Below, in pieces: positions 36,353 through 42,554 of a DNA stretch of 42,554 bases. The DNA is taken from NCBI GenBank assembly GCA_013115145.1, contig JAAPAO010000287.1, positions 1 to 42,554 of the forward strand. The letters run 5' to 3'. A program made the translations under genes and the position numbers. The notes beneath the pieces were generated by a model. The model was not told where the DNA came from. It was given only the letters and a program-made list of their open reading frames with translations, and did not search any database. The stretch's first letter is position 1. Each line of letters begins with the position of its first letter. Source of the DNA: Perkinsus chesapeaki ATCC PRA-425 (Eukaryota > Protista > Perkinsozoa).

Positions 36353-39300
36353 TCACATGTCGAACTTTATGTCAACTGACTTCAACGTATCTTTTTTGGC
36401 ACCTCGCATGCCAGCTAAATAACGCTTATGAATGACTGGATTGGTCCACTTATCATCATATGTGTTTGTAGTAACATCTTTTGGAAGGTAAACCTGAGGT
36501 TCGCCCAGAATCGTGGTGACTGTTTCTTTCCGCACTGCTGTTGTCCGATCCCACCTGAGAGTCGCTGTCCCTTCTGAAGGCCGAATAATCGGTCTGTATG
36601 CTTCTCGTTCTCTTCTGCCGCAAAGCAACAGCCTTCAGTAATTTCTCTCGCATCCTCCATTCGTTCCACCTGTCATCAACACCGGGAAATGCATACTCCA
36701 CCTCGCCATCGGCTCACTCGTAATCCTTATCAGAGCTCCTCTCTGGATGCAAATCGGTCTCGATTGCTACATCGACTCGAACCTGTTCGACCTTCCCTTC
36801 TACATAAGGTGCTGGAGAGCCTAAAGCAGCAGCATCTCAGAGTAGTGCACTGTATAACCACCTTGACTGCCTTCACGTGCAGTTATACAGGCTGGAACGT
36901 GGGGGAAGTCCGTCTGCATCCTGAAGAAAAAGAACGCTATATCGGCCAACAACAGACGAAGCCACTACTGAAGGAAGGGAATGAGGGGAGGCAGCACACG
37001 ACAGAGAGCCTTCACAGCTTCTATGTAGTGGTTATGGCTATTCATGAACCTATACGAGAATCATCACCGGCCAACGACCAATGGGGATCACCTGTTCACA
37101 GCGGAACGGGACGAGCATGCCACCAAGGATACATTATCATAGCCAAGGCGCACCAAGCCATGCTGGGGGTCGCCAGGAATTAACAGGCCTCGGCCTCCCA
37201 CCAGGGCAATTGGGCAATACCCCTGTACGAAGGCAGTGACTAATTAAATAGCTTGGAATGCCTTTACTTGATACTTAAGTTTCGTTCCTTGATACTCCCC
37301 ATAGCTTCCAGGCTCCAACAGGTACAGTTCACCTGACGTGTTCTCAAACAGACCGGCCAACCATGTATTACCTCCGTCACCACTCTCTTTGTTGTGGGGC
37401 TTCCCCTCGGTTTGGTCCTCCTGAGATTTAGCGGAAATATGGTAGAAATAAGAATGACCGCTCACCTTCCACCAGCTCGGGTCTGCTCCTTGTGCCTTTC
37501 GATCTTCCACAGATTCCAGTAGCTCTTCGGGCAGAGAAGGACTCACACTGAAACGTGTGGAGAGTAAACAATCAAAGATAGCCTCATGAAGACAGACATA
37601 GAGCATCAAGCCTTCTTAGCTTAGTTGGTAGAGCACCCGCTTAGTAAGCGGGAGGTCGTCGGTTCGACTCCGGCAGAAGGCTTATTTTCCCATATCCTCC
37701 ATGCCACGGAGGCTTCTTTTCCTCTCCCTATATGTATTACCTATAAGTATCCAACTGCTTCAGCACCAACTCTGCCAATTTAATTCGATCCTCCATAAAC
37801 AATAGCTCCTCCCGACAACTGTTATAATACCTTGTCAACGAGTCAAACCGTGGATACACCTGAATTTGTTCAACTGAAATTCGCAACAGCCAGAAGAGAG
37901 AGCATCACATCCTCCTTTGCAACAGCCGTCTTGGTGCCTATTCCGATACTGACCAACTTTAAACACTCGCTGAACTGCATTCGAGAATTATACAGTCGAG
38001 CCAGCGCCCTGAGATAGTATGCTTGTAACACTTCCCATCAATCGCCACCAACTACTTTTCCACATCATCGCCGATCGATTGCAAATAAAGTAAGCTTTGC
38101 CTTAGATAGCAGATGTCCTGTGCGAACCGGCTCAGATTCCCAGTCGCCTCGGAATCTATCCATGTACCACCTCACACGACTGTAACCCTTTTACTACCAT
38201 CAAACATTGACACATCAACAAGAGTATCAACCAGCTCAGCTATCTCCGTACATTTATCTGCATCACTTTCACTGTACACCCATTGCACTTTACTGCCCAC
38301 CATTTATCCTTTGCAGCCAGGTCTCCTTTTCAACTGCTTTCCTGCAATCCTCCGCATTCCCAACCACCTAGCCCAACATATTGCCTCTCTTCCATCCGCC
38401 GGTTTACCTCCTCAACCCAAAGTCCCGCCCCACTCCAGTCACCCGCTGCCGAGTGAAAAAGTCTAATTCCATGGACCAAACTGACGAGCTCTCGTAGTTG
38501 GCATATCTTAGCACAGTGCTTTCTTGGTAGCTTGTACGGGTTAAGCTACCTTTTCCGAGTCTGTTAACGAACAAAATGATTTAATGGCCACACGAGGCAT
38601 CACCGAATGCAACGCCGGACCTAGGTCTTGCCGTATCTACCACAAGCTCGATCGCATTGATCTATATCTACTTTATTTTAATAATATATGACCTGTAGTT
38701 CTGTGCCTTTATCAGGTATCCTTCCCGAAGGTATAGCCACTATTGCCGCTGTCACTAGGAGCTCATGAACAAGCTTGTATCTGCCCTCACACTACTGGTC
38801 TCCTCCACCATTGAGCTTTACATTAAGTTAAAGCCATTGAAATCCATCCTTCCATTAAGCTCATTTGTCTGCTCCACGATCCTCCTTATCGATGACCCTA
38901 TCGCTTCATTCCGCGCCAGTTCTCGACTGAAGGGCAACTGCTTGTTGCCAGACGTATGCCCCTCCCCGATCTACTTAACAGCCTCCTGTTCGATATTATT
39001 ATAATGGTAATTCAAATCAGTCTGCAATCTCATGGTCTCTAGGGAAGGATCATCCCTCATTGATAGCCGTTCAATAGACTAATAACAGATCATCCGCCCA
39101 ATGTTCATTAAACCAATTCTGAGATTCAGAATCGATTCCAGCATCCCATTTTACGTGTAAAAAGCAGTTCTGGAATCGATTCTGAATTTCAAAATCGGTT
39201 TATCGAACGATCCCCCGGTCCAATACTATACAATGGTTACCTTCTCCACGGCAGTGTTGGCGTCCTCATCACTGAGCTCGCCCTTTTCCATATAAAACAC

Positions 39301-39463
39301 CTATCATACCACTCCCTCGCTGGTTTGCCCTTCAATCTACCTTATCATCATATGGCAGCAGTGTGGCCACTATAAACTGACTAAGCCCTTCTGTAGAGGG
39401 AATGCCGACTTCACGGCATCCAAGGAGAACACGTCGACCGAGGCTTTCGATTGTATGTGACAT
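36353..39463 (-). CDS. CFAP206: Cilia- and flagella-associated protein 206, multi-exon
   Basis: N-terminus MSHTIESLGRRVLLGCREVGIPSTEGLSQFIVATLL...DPSLETMRLQ, central GYCPIALVGGRGLLIPGDP, and C-terminal WNEWRMREKLLKAVALRQKRTRSIQTDYSAFRRDSDSQVYLPKD match FAP206 motifs as I recall them. Confidence 0.88.
37610..37682 (+). tRNA. tRNA-Thr(AGT), antisense within a CFAP206 intron (37548-37740)
   Basis: GCCTTCT/AGAAGGC acceptor, CCCGC-TTAGTAA-GCGGG anticodon arm, GTCGG-TTCGACT-CCGGC T-arm, then TATTTT. Confidence 0.96.
39120..39191. mobile_element. Short MITE-like inverted repeat in a CFAP206 intron
   Basis: 18-bp perfect arms ATTCAGAATCGATTCCAG (39124-39141) and CTGGAATCGATTCTGAAT (39170-39187), extendable to 21/22, with an internal TTTTAC-GT-GTAAAA palindrome. 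Confidence 0.55.
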
Positions 39464-39814
39464 TAATTAGGGCGATCAGTAGTAATGGAGACTGCGGCCA
39501 ATGATATGATGATCGCCACCTTCTCCATCATCAACCGTCTTCTCAAATTGTTGCCTATTAACCGCACTATTAAGTGGAGCACCCCGTCGACTAATGCCTG
39601 TTCTTTGTACTCGCCTAACGGGTATCCCTTACTATCTTGCTCACTCTTGCTAATCCCTTACGTAACAATTTCTCGGGCTTGAGGATGTTCCTATTAGATT
39701 AAAGCGCTACTCTGTGACTTTGAAATACTATTATTAGGTATCATCGCATTTAGCTAATATAGCTCATCTCAGGTGGCCCTGTACTACCTTGAACTCTTCA
39801 AATCTTCTATTACC

Positions 39815-41982
39815 ATGTCCACCCCTCTAGAAGGCTCCCCGATCATATGCGATAGCGGTTCAAGGCAGGTGCCGACGCTTTAGGATGGTCGGTCAAGTCC
39901 ACTTCTCAGCATGATCAAGTGTGGCTTCTATTCCTCATCTACTCCAGAGGTCCATATCCCCGCAGCAGTAGCCCGTCGGACACTAGGGTAATATGGGACG
40001 TGTTACGGACATGAAAATGATCGTGGGCCGTTGGTAGGATAGATGGACTGTTCTTCGATACGGATAGTGATGATGAAAATGTAGCGCAGCTTGGAAACAA
40101 ACTCACACGTAAACGACATACGGTAATGACCGATGTTTACGAGCTTCGTTATTGAAATGTAGCCGGAGTCATCACCACAAGGCCAACGAGGGGCTTCCTC
40201 CTCATCGTCGTCATCAACACTTGTGGGCTACGAGGCGTTGTCGACGGCAGACCAATCTGGCATTAATGCTAGCTATCCTCTTATTAATGGAGTTGTTACC
40301 GATTGGGATGATATGGTGCTGATATGGGATCATACCTTCCATCAGCTACTAACTGCTGCTGGACGGCATCAGAGAGCTAAGAGACTTAAGACACTTGATG
40401 GTAGGACCGGTGCTGCGGGTGAGTGCAGTGTCGTCGGCTGTTATCATGACCGTTCTTCCAAATACATTATTTATTGCAATATATATCACCGTAAAAATAC
40501 GCGTTGTACACACATCTCACTCAGAGCAGTAATGGCTTTATAGAACTCACTCTCTTTTGGTTGTGACCCACCTCCATCGTTCTGCGGAAGCCAGCCAATC
40601 TACTACGTACTGCGGTTTTTCAATAATTAATGTATCTCCTGTCTCCATAGAGAGCCTTGACACTATTCCTCCCCGTCTACTTCGACCCTGGGGAATCTTT
40701 GCTGTGGTAGGTTGCGTAGGAGCAGCTGCGTTCGGTGATGATTCTGACGATGACTGGATGGATTCGTTGAAGGGCGGGAAGATAGTTCAAACTGAGGCAG
40801 CGTGCAATCCTACCAAAAATAGGGAAAGGATATTAACTGAAATGTTTGAACGGTAGTAGTAACGGCGTTCTGACTTATTTTGAATCTTGTTATGGTTCAA
40901 CCAAGATACGGCTTCGGAAGTGTTAACGTATCAGTCCAAGCGGTGCTCTCGCTTTTGGCCACGGTGAGCTGCTGCTGCTGGTGGTGTGTGTCTTGTAGTA
41001 GTTGTGGAAGTGTGTTAGGGTCAACGGACAGGTATGGTTGTTGATTCTGGTGACGGAGTGACCCATGTTGTGCCCATTTATGAGGGGTTCGTACTTCAGC
41101 CATGTGTCAGAAGGATGGATATTGCCGGAAGAACTATAACTCGGTGAGAGAGAGTGCAACTTGGCGGCGATCATCATGTGACAGGCAATTGGCGTATCTT
41201 GTGACGCACACGTCTGGCAATCGGGTGAAGGGGTTGAAGCATCTCAATACAGTAGTAAAGGACCGGATAAATTAAAAGGGAAATTATTATTATTGCAGAT
41301 GAGGCAGTGGAAAGAAGACCACTGTTTTGTTTCGGGGAATCCCGTTAAGAGCAAGATGGACGCCAGAAGAAACAGAGTAAGCTCTTTTAAAATGGCTATG
41401 CTTTGGTTTGAACCTGTGCCTCGTGAATGAGGTGTTGTTAGCTTAACCAATTCGCCAAACTGCCTGATGGAACGGAGGTTCCCATAGGAGCTGAGCGATA
41501 TCTGGCTCCAGAGATTCTGTTTACCCCGGCTTATGCTGTGGATGAAGTGTTCAAAGATCAGCCTGGAATCCAAGGCACCATCGTCGAGTCTGTACGTTGC
41601 TGGCTTCGCTGATCGGCCTCATGAGTGTCGCGTGGTAGATCGACATGTCACCGCTGGACATCCGAGACTCGCTGAAGCAATCGGTGTTGCTCTCCGGTGG
41701 CAACACGCTCCTGAAGGGCTTCGGCCGACGACTTAACGCCGAGCTCGGTCGAGATTTCAGTGGAAAGGTTAAAGTGGTGGAAAGGGATGATAGAATGTAG
41801 AGTTGAGGAGGGAGTAGTCTATTTCTATTTATTTGTTAAGGTTTCTTCCGTATATAGGAGCTTGCACCATGGCTGAGATACACAAGGATGACGACGCCCC
41901 GGAAATGTGGATCACTCGTGAAGAGTTTGACGAGCATGGTCCATCGGTGGTACACAGACTGATCCCGACACATCATCGTTAA
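39815..41982 (+). CDS. Actin-related protein, Arp2-like, with large insertions; multi-exon
   Basis: [114 protein letters not shown]. Confidence 0.9.
41377..41441 (-). pseudogene. 65-nt Arp intron containing an antisense tRNA 3'-end-like element
   Basis: Reverse complement ACAGG-TTCAAAC-CAAAG-CATAGCC-A-TTTT has the same register as the RRP5 elements; the T-stem does not pair. Confidence 0.45.
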
Positions 41983-42367
41983 TTAACATGCTCACACCAG
42001 TACGCAAGTTTCCACTGTACAAGTTTAGTTGCTTTTATTAGTTTTACGCGTGATTGAATGATCCCATGTTAGTTTAGCAAGGTCGTAGTGCTATAATAGC
42101 ATAAAGACAAAAATAAGTATTTGTGCACCGCAGAAATGCCGTCATTCCTTGTCCCTATTATAAGGATATCAATTTCGCGAAGAAGGATGACAATGCCATG
42201 GACGAGGACACCAATTTCGGGTTCTACTTTCCACAACGTTCAGGGTTGGGGGTAATTTCCGAGGCTTGGACCACCTTCCATGACATGTGCAGTTTTCTAG
42301 CAGGCATGCACAGGATTGTCGCCCACTAACGCAAAGTGTGAATTATTGCAGTACCTTCGCATTCATA

Positions 42368-42554
42368 ATGGTTATATCGAGTACCTTGACGGCCAACGGT
42401 GAGGAGATTATTAAAGGGGTATCACCAGCTGTACATGATGTAGAACAAGGAGCACTAGGAGCTGCTAATACCAAACCGGTTCAAAAAGTTGACGCTTGGC
42501 TCCTTATACAATATGGTATACTGGGCTTCGTGGCCCTTGCACCTTGGAACTATG
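42368..42554 (+). CDS. Equilibrative nucleoside transporter family protein, 5' partial (runs off the window)
   Basis: MVISSTLTAN, intron 42399-42443, then EQGALGAANTKPVQKVDAWLLIQYGILGFVALAPWNY, which resembles the ENT first-helix G..L.PWN motif. Confidence 0.7.
   Translation, partial: MVISSTLTANGEEIIKGVSPAVHDVEQGALGAANTKPVQKVDAWLLIQYGILGFVALAPWNY

Noticed and set aside
41391-41400. Minus-strand TAGCCATTTT matching part of the dinoflagellate spliced leader
   Set aside because: Only 10 nt, lacking CCG and GGCTCAAG. No SL RNA gene or SL relic was found in the window.

Overview
Gene-dense eukaryotic genomic DNA with many short GT-AG introns (often 45-48 nt). The style suggests an alveolate, probably Perkinsus-like (inference only; no database was searched). 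Recognisable genes are RRP5 (+), a SMAP/AGD5-type ArfGAP (+), CWC22 (+), CFAP206 (-), a divergent Arp2-like actin-related protein (+) and the start of an equilibrative nucleoside transporter (+). Several hypothetical genes include an intronless secreted protein. RNA genes are a 171-bp tandem array of tRNA-Thr(CGT/TGT) with 11 visible copies and a gap, a tRNA-Leu(TAA), and a tRNA-Thr(AGT) inside a CFAP206 intron. The most striking unexplained pattern: seven RRP5 introns, one Arp intron and the ArfGAP 5' flank carry tRNA-gene fragments that appear to come from different tRNAs. In eight of the nine, the T-loop/B-box is followed at exact tRNA spacing by an A at position 73; the ninth keeps D-loop, anticodon arm and T-loop. 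In five of them a run of at least four T follows immediately, and in three the run leads directly into AG. Exon boundaries were read by hand, and gene ends marked tentative are uncertain.
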